From Rariglobus sp. (GTDB lineage: Bacteria > Verrucomicrobiota > Verrucomicrobiia > Opitutales > Opitutaceae), in the NCBI GenBank assembly GCA_044353465.1, contig JBILBW010000001.1, positions 20,494 to 84,493 of the forward strand: a stretch of DNA of 64,000 nt, read 5' to 3'. The position numbers and the translations under genes are program-made. Position 1 is the stretch's first letter; each line of letters begins with the position of its first letter. Positions 9,465 to 18,650 of this stretch are shown here, one piece after another. The notes under the pieces were generated by a model. The model was not told the origin of the DNA, did no database searches, and was given only the letters and a program-made list of their open reading frames with translations.

Positions 9465-10789
9465 GCAACAACGACGTCACCGACTTCGTCCAACAGCTGC
9501 GCACCCAGGTGCGTCACGCCCCGGCTCTGCGCCGCATGGGCCGGGTGGTGGCGGTGACCGGCTTGATCATCGAGTCGGAAGGTCCCAATGTGGGCCTGGG
9601 CGATCTCTGTTTGCTCAAGTCCGAGCGCGACGAATTTGAGGTGCTGGCCGAGGTGGTCGGGTTCCGGGCCGAGAAGGTGCTGCTCATGCCTTTGGGCGAT
9701 ACCTCCGGTTTGCACGCCGGCTGCTCGGTCACGGCGTGTGATCGCCCGCCCCTGCCGGTGGCCGGTCCGGCGCTGCTGGGCCGGGTGCTGGATGCGCTGG
9801 GCCGGCCGTTTGATTCACTTGGGCCGGTGCCGCTGCATCGCAACACCGTTTCCGGCAAGCCGCCGCACCCGCTGCGCCGGCAGCGCATTCACGACACCTT
9901 CCCCACCGGGGTGCGGGCGCTGGATGTGTTCACCCCGTTTGGCCGCGGTCAACGTCTCGGCCTGTTCGCCGGCTCCGGTGTGGGTAAATCGACCCTCCTG
10001 GGCATGATCGCCCGTTCGGCCCATGCCGACGTGGTCGTGATTGGGCTGGTCGGTGAGCGCGGCCGCGAGGTGCGCGAATTTTTGGAAAAGGATTTGGGAC
10101 CGGCCGGCCTGGCCCGCTCGGTGGTGGTGGTGGCCACCTCCGATTCTCCCGCCCCCCTGCGCCTGCGTGCCGCCATCACCGCCACCGCCATCGCCGAGGG
10201 TTTCCGCGATGCCGGCAAAAATGTCCTCCTGCTGATGGACTCGGTGACCCGGTTTGCCATGGCCCAGCGCGAAATCGGCCTGGCCATCGGCGAGCCGCCC
10301 GCCACCCGCGGTTACACCCCCTCGGTGTTCGCGATGCTGCCGCGCCTGCTGGAGCGCGCCGGTGCCGGCGAGAGCGGGGCGATCACCGCTCTTTATACCG
10401 TGCTGGTCGAGGGTGACGACATGAACGAGCCGGTCGCCGACACGGTGCGCGGCATCTTGGACGGTCACTTGGTGCTTTCCCGCGCCCTGGCCCACGCCAA
10501 CCATTACCCCGCCATCGATGTGCTCGAAAGCGTCAGCCGTCTGACCCGCGACATTTGCCAACCCGCCGAGGTTGAACTGGCCGCCCGCGCCCGCGAGCAC
10601 CTCGCGCTTTATAAACGCAACGAAGACCTCATCACGGTGGGCGCCTACCAAAAGGGCTCCAGCGCCGCGCTCGACCGGGCGGTCGCGCTCCACGACGGCC
10701 TCAAGGCCTTCCTGCGCCAAACGGTCGACGAGGTCACCCCCCGCGCCAACGCCTACACTCGGCTGGCGCAACTCCTCGGCCCCGCATGA
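9461..10789 (+). CDS. fliI: Flagellum-specific ATPase FliI
   Basis: Walker A (GSGVGKST) and Walker B (LLLMDSVTR) are present, with an F1/T3SS ATPase fold throughout. Confidence 0.95.
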   Translation: MSNNDVTDFVQQLRTQVRHAPALRRMGRVVAVTGLIIESEGPNVGLGDLCLLKSERDEFEVLAEVVGFRAEKVLLMPLGDTSGLHAGCSVTACDRPPLPVAGPALLGRVLDALGRPFDSLGPVPLHRNTVSGKPPHPLRRQRIHDTFPTGVRALDVFTPFGRGQRLGLFAGSGVGKSTLLGMIARSAHADVVVIGLVGERGREVREFLEKDLGPAGLARSVVVVATSDSPAPLRLRAAITATAIAEGFRDAGKNVLLLMDSVTRFAMAQREIGLAIGEPPATRGYTPSVFAMLPRLLERAGAGESGAITALYTVLVEGDDMNEPVADTVRGILDGHLVLSRALAHANHYPAIDVLESVSRLTRDICQPAEVELAARAREHLALYKRNEDLITVGAYQKGSSAALDRAVALHDGLKAFLRQTVDEVTPRANAYTRLAQLLGPA

Positions 10790-11238
10790 AACGGTTTCGC
10801 TTCCGCCTCGAATCGGTCCGGTCTCTGCGCGAAGTCGCCGAGCGCAAGGCGCGCGAGGGCTTCGGCCAAGCCCAACAACAGGTGATGCTCGGCGAGCAGG
10901 CGGTGCAGGCGGCCGAGCTGCGCCGCAACGACTTGACCAGCGCGCTCAACGGCGCGCGGGCCGGCAGTTTTCGCCCCAGTGAACAGGTGGCCGGCATGGC
11001 CGCCCTCGTACAGGCCGGGCGCGAGGTGGCCGAGGCCCAGCGCCGGCTCGGCGAGCTCGAGGTGGCCCGCGACCGCGCCCGTGAGGGCTGGTTGGCCGCC
11101 CGCCGCGCCCTCCAAGTGATGCAAAAACTCGAGGAGCGCGCCCGGCTCGCCCACCGCGACGCCAACGACAAGGCCGAGCAAACCCTGCTCGATGAAATCG
11201 CCTCAATGACCCTCGCCCGCCTCGGGCCCCTCGCATGA
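10786..11238 (+). CDS. fliJ: Flagellar export chaperone-like protein FliJ
   Basis: This is a 150-aa coiled-coil protein, translationally coupled after fliI. Confidence 0.7.
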   Translation: MKRFRFRLESVRSLREVAERKAREGFGQAQQQVMLGEQAVQAAELRRNDLTSALNGARAGSFRPSEQVAGMAALVQAGREVAEAQRRLGELEVARDRAREGWLAARRALQVMQKLEERARLAHRDANDKAEQTLLDEIASMTLARLGPLA

Positions 11239-11843
11239 AAGCGCTCCCTCCCCCTGTTGTTATCTTGCTTCCGGTTCTGCTCTCCGTCGTGCCCATGATG
11301 ATGATGCTCTCCTCCGCCACCTCCGCGTTGGTCGGTAACATCTCCGTGCAAAAGGCCGCCGAGGTTGAAGCCAAGCGCCCCCCCAAACCCTGGGATTTCT
11401 GGACGCCCGAGGTGGAAAATCTAGCCCGCGAGCTGACCGATCAAAAGGCCACCTTTGCCGGCCGGGAAGCCGAGCTGGCCACCCGTGAAAAACGCCTGGC
11501 GGCCGAGGCCAAGGAGCTCGAGCAGATCCGCCTGCAAATCGAGGCGCTCCGCGGCGAAATCGCCGCCCGCATCACCGAGGTGCAGGCCCAGGAGCTGAAA
11601 AACGTTAAAACCCTCGCCACCACCTACAGTAAAGTGAGCCCGTCCGCGGCGGTGTCGATTTTCAACCAAATGGACATCGCCTCGGTGACCAAGATTCTCT
11701 CGTTGATGAAGGTGGATTTGGCCTCGGCCATTTTGCAGGAAATGGGCCGCAGCGGCGGGCCGGACAGCGCGGGCGCCAAACGTGCCGCGCAAATCACCGA
11801 GCGCCTGCGCATGCTCCAGCCGGCCAAGCAGCCGGCCAGTTGA
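11235..11843 (+). CDS. MotE/YlxF-like flagellar protein (MgtE-N type domain)
   Basis: An N-terminal TM and a coiled coil are followed by YSKVSPSAAVSIFNQMDIASVTKILSLMKVDLASAILQEM, which resembles the MgtE intracellular N domain found in YlxF/MotE. Its position matches B. subtilis ylxF. Confidence 0.6.
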   Translation: MKALPPPVVILLPVLLSVVPMMMMLSSATSALVGNISVQKAAEVEAKRPPKPWDFWTPEVENLARELTDQKATFAGREAELATREKRLAAEAKELEQIRLQIEALRGEIAARITEVQAQELKNVKTLATTYSKVSPSAAVSIFNQMDIASVTKILSLMKVDLASAILQEMGRSGGPDSAGAKRAAQITERLRMLQPAKQPAS

Positions 11844-11922
11844 TCGCCCCTTTTGTTCGCAACCTCCCCCCTTCGTGCCAAGGACGGCGCGAGTGAATCT
11901 GCCATGAAGGCCCACCCTCCCC

Positions 11923-13776
11923 ATGGTTTCTTCTCTCCCTCCGGTCCCGTCCGCCACCCCGGCCAAGTCCACCGATCCTCTTGCTGGCCACAAAGGGGAG
12001 GGCTCCGCACCCGCCGCCGGCGCCACCTTTGAGGCCCTGCTCGCCCGGAAAACGACCCACCCGGCGGCCCAAACGGGCGCGCCCGCCTCGGCCCGTGCGC
12101 CCGCGCACCCACACCGGCCCACCCAAGCGGCCCCTGCGGAACCCGCGCCGGGCGCCGCCGGCGCACCCTCCGCCCCTGAAGCGGCCGAGACGCCCGCCCC
12201 GGCCGTGGCCCATGATGACGCTGAAACCCCAGTCGGGCCCAAGGGCAATCGTCCGTTGGCCAACCCCGGCGGCGGCAAAGCGGCCCCGATGTGCCTCGGG
12301 CCGACCGGCAGCCCCGAGGTCGAGGCGAATGCGTGTCTAGTCGTGGATGAAAACCCTGACGTGGCGGCCACTACCGCGTCCCCCGGACCGGCCGGCGACG
12401 AGGAACCCCCGGCCGAAGAACCGCAGGGCGAGACTCCGGCCCGGCCGATGACGGCGGAACTGCCTCCGGCGGTCGGGTTGCCCACGCCGCCACCCGTCCC
12501 GCTGGCGTTTGGCCTGCCCACCGCGCTTGTTCCCGCCACGCCGCAAGCGGCGGAGCCGACCGAAGTGCCCGAGGCGACCGAGGCGGTGGCGGCCCTCGGG
12601 ATGAGCCAAGGAAATCTGCCGGCGGCGACGCGACCGGCCCGCTTCGCGGCCGCTACCGCGACTCCGGCGCCCCAGGCCTTAACCGCAGCCCCTGCGGCCC
12701 CGGCGCCGACGGCTGCGTTCAAAACCCCTGCTGCCGGGACGTTCGGCCGGGCCACCGGAGTCACCCCCGCGACTCCGTCCCCGAAGACGGGCTTCGAGGC
12801 CCCGGCCACTCCCGCTTTACCTGCTCAGCACGCGCCCGCTGTACCTGCGCCGCACGCGGGCGTTCCGCTCCCGGCTGCGGGGCTTTCGGAGGCGGACGGG
12901 GCGCAGGCGACGGCCACCCCCCTGGAGACGACTACCTCACTGGCGACGGCCACGGCCCGCGAGGGCGTCCCCGGCCTGGCTTCCACCGACGCCCGCCAAG
13001 GGGCCAGCGCCTATGGGGTGGCGGCACAAATTGCCGCCGGCGCCAACCGGACCACCCTCGCCGGCTCCGATTTGGGTGATTTTAAAATTAAAAATATAAA
13101 ACAAGCTGGTAATAGTGAAGGTATTAAAAACCTAGAGGGTGGCGATGGCATACGGCTAGCTTATGACTTGCCCAGTATGCCGACTCCCGCTCCTGTTTTC
13201 CAACCCCCGACAGCCTCCGTGCAGGTCTTGGGTCCGGTTGATGCCAGCTCCCCGGTTGCCCCTTCGGTGGCCTCCACGGCGGTGCGGATGGTGGAGAAGG
13301 TCAGCGAGGTTGCCGACCACCTTGCCGCGCACCCGGCCGATCAGGTCACTGTGCGCATCGATTTGGATGCGGTTCACCGGGTCGATGTGCATGTGTCGAT
13401 GCGCGGCGGTCAGGTGCATGCTGATTTCCGCAGCGACTCCCCCGGGATGCGCGAGGCGTTGGCCACTGCCTGGAATGACTTTGCCCAAAAGCGCGACGGT
13501 ACCGACCAGTCGTGGGCCGCCCCGGTGTTTGCGCCGCTGGTTGCCCCGGTCGCCGCGCCCAGTTTCTCCGCCAATCAACAATCGTCCGAAGGCTCCACTT
13601 CGTTTGGGCCCGGCCAAGATTCGGGTAATCGCCAGTCCGCCGAGCGGGCCGCCCAGGACCAACCTTCGGGCAACCCGACCCGAGGCGCCGCCCGCCCGAC
13701 CGCCTCCGCCACCGCGGAAGCCAAAACCCCACCGGTTCGTTTCGAAAACTCCCAGCACCTCAGCGTGCTGGCTTAA
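11923..13776 (+). CDS. fliK: Flagellar hook-length control protein FliK
   Basis: The 617-aa protein has a long Pro/Ala-rich low-complexity N-region. Its C-terminal Flg_hook-type domain reads VTVRIDLDAVHRVDVHVSMRGGQVHADFRSDSPGMREAL. It lies before flgD-flgE. Confidence 0.75.
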   Translation: MVSSLPPVPSATPAKSTDPLAGHKGEGSAPAAGATFEALLARKTTHPAAQTGAPASARAPAHPHRPTQAAPAEPAPGAAGAPSAPEAAETPAPAVAHDDAETPVGPKGNRPLANPGGGKAAPMCLGPTGSPEVEANACLVVDENPDVAATTASPGPAGDEEPPAEEPQGETPARPMTAELPPAVGLPTPPPVPLAFGLPTALVPATPQAAEPTEVPEATEAVAALGMSQGNLPAATRPARFAAATATPAPQALTAAPAAPAPTAAFKTPAAGTFGRATGVTPATPSPKTGFEAPATPALPAQHAPAVPAPHAGVPLPAAGLSEADGAQATATPLETTTSLATATAREGVPGLASTDARQGASAYGVAAQIAAGANRTTLAGSDLGDFKIKNIKQAGNSEGIKNLEGGDGIRLAYDLPSMPTPAPVFQPPTASVQVLGPVDASSPVAPSVASTAVRMVEKVSEVADHLAAHPADQVTVRIDLDAVHRVDVHVSMRGGQVHADFRSDSPGMREALATAWNDFAQKRDGTDQSWAAPVFAPLVAPVAAPSFSANQQSSEGSTSFGPGQDSGNRQSAERAAQDQPSGNPTRGAARPTASATAEAKTPPVRFENSQHLSVLA

Positions 13777-13789
13777 CCCCGCTACCTTT

Positions 13790-14230
13790 ATGAGCACCTC
13801 CGCCCTCTCCGCCACCGGCTACAATCCGGCCACGGCTAACACCCCGCCCGGCTCCAGCCGGATCCCGCAAAAAGCCCTTGGCCAGGCGGACTTTCTGAAA
13901 TTGCTCACCGTCCAGCTCAAGTCCCAGGACCCGATGAAGCCGATGGAGGACACCTCCTTCATGGCACAGATGGCCCAGTTCTCCGCCCTGCAGCAGTCCT
14001 CGCAGATGGCCACGGACATTTCCAATTTGCACTCGGATTTCGCCCTGCAATCGGCCTCCGGCATGATCGGCCGCCAGGTGACCCTCAACACCAAAAATGG
14101 CCTGGTCACCGGCTTGGTTCAGTCGGTCGATGCGACCACGGGCACCGTCAACGTCAACGTCGACGGGACCGCTTATCCTTTATCCAAAGTGGTGGGGGTC
14201 GCCCCCGCCCCCGCCCCCGTGGCGTTGTAA
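13790..14230 (+). CDS. flgD: Flagellar hook capping protein FlgD
   Basis: The start is ATG 13790 within the longer track ORF 13163..14230. The LGQADFLKLLTVQLKSQDPMKPMEDTSFMAQMAQFS motif is the FlgD signature. Confidence 0.85.
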   Translation: MSTSALSATGYNPATANTPPGSSRIPQKALGQADFLKLLTVQLKSQDPMKPMEDTSFMAQMAQFSALQQSSQMATDISNLHSDFALQSASGMIGRQVTLNTKNGLVTGLVQSVDATTGTVNVNVDGTAYPLSKVVGVAPAPAPVAL

Positions 14231-14257
14231 TCCTAAACCCCAATCCCTCCTCTCCCC

Positions 14258-15133
14258 ATGTCACTCATCGGCACCCTTACTTCCGGCGTCAGCGCGCTCA
14301 AAAGTTTTACCAAAGGCCTCGAAGTCATTGGCAACAACATCGCCAACGTCAACACCGTGGCCTTCAAGGGCTCCTCGGCCAACTACCAGGACAGTTTCAG
14401 TAACACCCTGCGCGCCTCCGCAGCCTCGACCGCCACCAGCCCCAACCAATCGGCCATCCAGGTGGGCACCGGGGTGAAAATCTCCTCGATCAACGCCAAC
14501 ATGAACCAGGGCGCCCTGAGCACCACCGGGCTGAGCACCGATCTGGGCATTTCCGGCAACGGCTTCTTTGTGGTCAAAAACACGGTGGACAACAGTGAAT
14601 ACGCCACCCGGGCCGGCGATTTCCGCATCGACGACCAAGGCTTTTTGGTGACCAGCAAGGGGTTCCGCGTTCAGGGCTTGACCGGCGGGGTGTCCGGGAC
14701 GCCGCCGGCGGCCCTCGGCGACATCGTTCTCGGTACTCCGCCGATCGGCACCCAGTTAAAATCCAGTTCGATCGATAGTACCGGTAACTTTGTCGAGTTT
14801 TACTCCGACGGTACTTCCGCCGTCACCAACAAGATTCTCCTGCAAAACTTCATAGACCCCACGGCGTTGCAACGCACCGGGGACAACCTGTTCACCAACT
14901 TTCTCGCTGCCGGTCCGGTTTCCGGCAGCGCCACTCTGAGCACCGGCGGCGCCAACAACCCAGGCACCAACGGCTTGGGCAGTATTCAGGCCGGCGTTCT
15001 GGAGTTGTCCAACGTCGACCTGACCGAGCAGTTCGCCAACATGATTACCGTGCAGCGTAGTTTCCAGGCCAACTCGCGCATTGTGACCGTCTCGGACTCG
15101 ATCCTCGAGGAAGTCGTTAACCTGAAGCGCTAA
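14258..15133 (+). CDS. flgE: Flagellar hook protein FlgE (short form)
   Basis: The N-terminus reads GLEVIGNNIANVNTVAFK and the C-terminus LELSNVDLTEQFANMITVQRSFQANSRIV. At 291 aa it is a minimal hook protein. Confidence 0.8.
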   Translation: MSLIGTLTSGVSALKSFTKGLEVIGNNIANVNTVAFKGSSANYQDSFSNTLRASAASTATSPNQSAIQVGTGVKISSINANMNQGALSTTGLSTDLGISGNGFFVVKNTVDNSEYATRAGDFRIDDQGFLVTSKGFRVQGLTGGVSGTPPAALGDIVLGTPPIGTQLKSSSIDSTGNFVEFYSDGTSAVTNKILLQNFIDPTALQRTGDNLFTNFLAAGPVSGSATLSTGGANNPGTNGLGSIQAGVLELSNVDLTEQFANMITVQRSFQANSRIVTVSDSILEEVVNLKR

Positions 15134-15145
15134 GTTTTACCGATT

Positions 15146-15814
15146 ATGTCCGACAAAAAACCAGAGGCCGCCCCGGCGGCCGACAAAGGCGATGCCCACG
15201 GGGCGGCGGCTGCGGCCGGGGGCGGTGGTGGGGGCGGCATGAAGGCGATGATGCCGGCGATCATCGCCATTGTGATGGCGCCCGCCGCCACCTGGGCGGT
15301 GGCGAACTTTGTGCTGCTGCCCAAGTTCAAGGAAAGCGTCGCCGTGGCGGTCGCCGCCAGCGACTCCGCGGGGGGCGACGGGCACGGTGAGAAAAAGGCG
15401 AAGCCCGAGGCCCATGGCGAGAAGAAGCCCGATGCTCACGGCGCGAAAAAGCCCGATGCCCACGGCGCGAAGAAAGCCGATGCCCACGGCGGCAAAAAGG
15501 GCGACGCCGGTGCGGGCGAGGGCTACAAATTTGAAAACGTGGTGGTGAACCTCTCCGGCACCATGGGCACGCGTTACCTCAAAGCCTCTTTTTTGATCAC
15601 CGGGGACAAACCCGACCTGGCCGAGCGTTTCGCCGAGTCCAAGCCGCAGTTAACCGACGTCACCCTGGCGGTTTTGTCTTCTCTGACCCTCGCTGACCTC
15701 GAGGAGGCGGGCTCCAAGAACATCATTCGCGAGCGCCTGCTGGCCTCCTACAACCAGGCGCTGGGGGCGAAGGTCGCCGAAAACCTCTACTTCTCCGAGT
15801 TCGTGGTGCAGTAA
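15146..15814 (+). CDS. fliL: Flagellar basal body-associated protein FliL
   Basis: A single TM is followed by the C-terminal FliL domain (FENVVVNLSG...YLKASFLITG...IRERLL...YFSEFVVQ). Confidence 0.8.
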   Translation: MSDKKPEAAPAADKGDAHGAAAAAGGGGGGGMKAMMPAIIAIVMAPAATWAVANFVLLPKFKESVAVAVAASDSAGGDGHGEKKAKPEAHGEKKPDAHGAKKPDAHGAKKADAHGGKKGDAGAGEGYKFENVVVNLSGTMGTRYLKASFLITGDKPDLAERFAESKPQLTDVTLAVLSSLTLADLEEAGSKNIIRERLLASYNQALGAKVAENLYFSEFVVQ

Positions 15815-15816
15815 AC

Positions 15817-16845
15817 ATGGGCGTTTCCAACAACAGTCCCGATGATTCCATTCTCGACCAGAGCGAGATCGACCAACTGTTGTCGTCCTCGGCGGTCGAG
15901 TCGCGTCCGCCGCTGCTTCGCGCCGATGGGACGCGCGTCGGTGAGTCCGAGGCGGTCCGGGTGGAACCCTACGACTTCCGCAACCCGACCTTCCTGACCG
16001 AGGTCGAGTTGCGCCGGCTGCGCCTGCTGCACGAGGACTTTATCCGCTACCTGGCGGCGCGCCTGGCGATGTTCCTCCGGATGGAATGCAATTTGAAAAT
16101 GGCCCGGCTGAACACCCAGTCGTACGGCAAATTCACCGAGGGGTTGTCCTCCCCGTCGCACATTTGTTTGTTCAAAATGGACCCGTTGGTCGGGGTCGGC
16201 TTGTTGGACATCAACCCGCGTCTGGCGCTCACCTTTGTGGATCGACTGCTCGGAGGCCGCGGCCATTCGGTCAAGGCCGAGCGTTTCCTTACCGAGATTG
16301 AGGTGGCCCTGCTCGATGACGTCTTGCGCATCATCCTGGAGGAATGGTGCACCCAGTGGCGCGATGATCATGAAATCCACCACGTGATCATTGGCCATGA
16401 AAGTAACGGCCGGTTCCTGCAGACCTCCCCGCGCGACTCCATCGTGCTGGCTCTCGCCATTGAGGTGAGTTTTGGCGACTGCTCTGAGCAGATTCAGATC
16501 GGCATTCCCTACTACACCATCGAGCCGCTGGTGAAGGCGCTGCAGCAGCGCCGCCAAAAGGATACCGCCCCGGCCGCAGCCCCGGCCAAGGCCGTGTGGC
16601 AGGATGTTTATGAACACGTGCAAATGCCCCTGCGCTCCGAATGGAATCTGCCGGACATGTCGTTGCGTGAAATCTCCAGTATGCGGGTCGGCGATCTCTT
16701 AGAAATCCCCCTGGGCATACTCGATCACACCCAAGTGCTCCTCAACGGCATCCCTAAATTTGTCGGCACCATTGGCCTCGAGGGTCAGCAGGTGGCCGTG
16801 AAACTGAATCGGAAACTGACCCAAGCCGACTTTACGAAGTCTTAA
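15817..16845 (+). CDS. fliM: Flagellar motor switch protein FliM
   Basis: The N-terminal LSQSEIDQLL-like CheY-binding peptide (ILDQSEIDQLL) is followed by the FliM middle domain and a C-terminal SpoA domain. Confidence 0.9.
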   Translation: MGVSNNSPDDSILDQSEIDQLLSSSAVESRPPLLRADGTRVGESEAVRVEPYDFRNPTFLTEVELRRLRLLHEDFIRYLAARLAMFLRMECNLKMARLNTQSYGKFTEGLSSPSHICLFKMDPLVGVGLLDINPRLALTFVDRLLGGRGHSVKAERFLTEIEVALLDDVLRIILEEWCTQWRDDHEIHHVIIGHESNGRFLQTSPRDSIVLALAIEVSFGDCSEQIQIGIPYYTIEPLVKALQQRRQKDTAPAAAPAKAVWQDVYEHVQMPLRSEWNLPDMSLREISSMRVGDLLEIPLGILDHTQVLLNGIPKFVGTIGLEGQQVAVKLNRKLTQADFTKS

Positions 16846-16851
16846 AATCCC

Positions 16852-17103
16852 ATGGAAAACGCCACGATTGATCTTGTGATGGATGTGAAGGTGAAGGTGA
16901 CCGTGCAACTCGGTTCCTGCCTGCTTTCGATGCGTGAGGTGCTGGCCCTGACTTCCGGCTCGGTCATCCAGCTCCAGCATAAGGCCAGCGAACCGGTCGG
17001 TCTCTACGTCAACGACAAGCTCGTCGCCTTCGGCGAGGTCGTAGTCGTCGAGGAAAACTTCGGCATCAAGATCATCGAACTGGTCGGCCCCTCCAACTCG
17101 TGA
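16852..17103 (+). CDS. fliN: Flagellar motor switch protein FliN (SpoA domain only)
   Basis: The 83-aa protein shows VKVTVQLGSCLLSMREVLALTSGSVIQL...NDKLVAFGEVVVVEENFGIKI. Confidence 0.85.
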   Translation: MENATIDLVMDVKVKVTVQLGSCLLSMREVLALTSGSVIQLQHKASEPVGLYVNDKLVAFGEVVVVEENFGIKIIELVGPSNS

Positions 17104-17552
17104 AATCCCCCCTCGTAACGGTGTCCGGTTGGTTCCGTTGGCTGACTGGGGTGGCGGGCTGCGCCCTGGTGGCGACCGCCCAGCGGCTGCACGCGGCGGA
17201 CCCCGTGGGCGCTACCCGTTTAGGCGACACGGTGCTCTATCCCGCGGGCGGTGCGACCGCCCAAGGGCTTGCCCCTCAGGCCGCCGCCGGCACCCCGGCG
17301 ACTTGGGTGTTTGTGCTCCTGGTGGGCCTGGCCGCAGGGGGGATGTGGCTCTGGCGCCGCCTCCGGCCGGGTCCGGTCGGGCGCCGGGGGACCATTCAAA
17401 TCGAGGACACCCGCCCGTTGGGTAACCGTCAGTTTCTGGTGGTGGCCTCCTGCGATGGCCGCCGTTTCCTCCTGGGTGTCGCCGCTGGCGGTATCCAACT
17501 GCTTTCCCCGCTCGATTCCCACGATGATCTCGATGACGCCAACAAAGCTTAA
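17100..17552 (+). CDS. fliO: Flagellar biosynthesis protein FliO
   Basis: The start is a GTG overlapping the fliN stop. One TM is followed by a RQFLVVASCDGRRFLLGVAAGGIQLL core, and it lies before fliP. Confidence 0.6.
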   Translation: MKSPLVTVSGWFRWLTGVAGCALVATAQRLHAADPVGATRLGDTVLYPAGGATAQGLAPQAAAGTPATWVFVLLVGLAAGGMWLWRRLRPGPVGRRGTIQIEDTRPLGNRQFLVVASCDGRRFLLGVAAGGIQLLSPLDSHDDLDDANKA

Positions 17553-18372
17553 TGGAATCCCCGGCCTCACGCGGTGCCTGGGGCTCGCGCCCGGGGTGTT
17601 GAAAATCGCCGCCGGGTGCGCCCTTGGGCTGCTCCTCCTCATGCCGGCGGGGGTGTCCGCCCAGGAGGCGGCCGCGCCGGCGGCAGGCGCCGCCACGCCG
17701 TGGCGCTTGGCGGTGGACCTGGAGGGTGGGGCGGGCCAGGCCGGTTCGGCCAGTGTGGGCATGCAGATCGTGGTGGTGATGACCCTGTTGAGTGTCGCCC
17801 CCTCGCTCATCCTGTTGATGACCTCCTTTACCCGCATCGTGATCGTGCTCGGGTTTGTCCGCACCGCCATCGGCGTACCCAGCGCCCCGGCCAACCAAAT
17901 TATCACCGGCCTGGCCCTCTTTCTGACCCTGTTCATCATGGGGCCGGTGCTGGAAAAATCCTACACCAACGGCGTGAAACCCTACATGGAGGGCAAGCGC
18001 GGCACGGCCGAGGCGCTCGAGGCCGCCTCCCAGCCCTTGCGGGAGTTTATGCTCAAGCAGACCCGTACCCGGGACCTGGAGTTTTTCCTCCAGCTGGGGC
18101 GCTTCCCGGCCACCAAGGTCGATGACCTGCCGCTGCGCGTGGTGGTGCCCGCCTATGTGATCAGCGAACTGCAAACCGCCTTTCAGATGGGCTTTCTGAT
18201 CTTCCTTCCCTTCCTGGTCATCGACCTGCTGGTTTCCGCCGTGCTGATGGCGCTGGGTATGATGATGATGCCGCCAGCGACCATCGCGCTGCCGTTCAAG
18301 CTCCTGCTCTTTGTCCTCGTCGATGGCTGGCACCTCGTGGTGCAAAGCCTGGTGAACAGCTTCCGCCTATGA
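17524..18372 (+). CDS. fliP: Flagellar export apparatus protein FliP
   Basis: A signal peptide is followed by QIVVVMTLLSVAPSLILLMTSFTRIVIVLGFVRTAIG and PFKLLLFVLVDGW. The start is uncertain: ATG 17524 or 17533. The track ORF from 17251 lies inside fliO. Confidence 0.9.
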   Translation: MISMTPTKLNGIPGLTRCLGLAPGVLKIAAGCALGLLLLMPAGVSAQEAAAPAAGAATPWRLAVDLEGGAGQAGSASVGMQIVVVMTLLSVAPSLILLMTSFTRIVIVLGFVRTAIGVPSAPANQIITGLALFLTLFIMGPVLEKSYTNGVKPYMEGKRGTAEALEAASQPLREFMLKQTRTRDLEFFLQLGRFPATKVDDLPLRVVVPAYVISELQTAFQMGFLIFLPFLVIDLLVSAVLMALGMMMMPPATIALPFKLLLFVLVDGWHLVVQSLVNSFRL

Positions 18373-18638
18373 ACGCCGAGGCCGCCATCGATATCTTCAA
18401 GACCGTGGTGATGTTCGCGCTTTACCTGATGGCACCCTTTGTCGGGGTGATTCTGATCGTGGGTTTGATTACGAGCCTGGTGCAGTCGGTCACCAGTATC
18501 CAAGAGGCGACCCTGACCTTTGTGCCCAAACTGCTGGCCCTGGCCGCCGTGATGATGTTGCTGGCGCCTTGGGTGCTGCGGTTGCTCTCCGAGTTTGCGG
18601 TGCAGAACCTGACCCGCGTGGCCAGCATGGGCCCTTAA
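18369..18638 (+). CDS. fliQ: Flagellar export apparatus protein FliQ
   Basis: This is an 89-aa two-TM protein that overlaps the fliP stop as ATGA. Confidence 0.9.
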   Translation: MNAEAAIDIFKTVVMFALYLMAPFVGVILIVGLITSLVQSVTSIQEATLTFVPKLLALAAVMMLLAPWVLRLLSEFAVQNLTRVASMGP

Positions 18639-18650
18639 GCCCCGCCGCTC

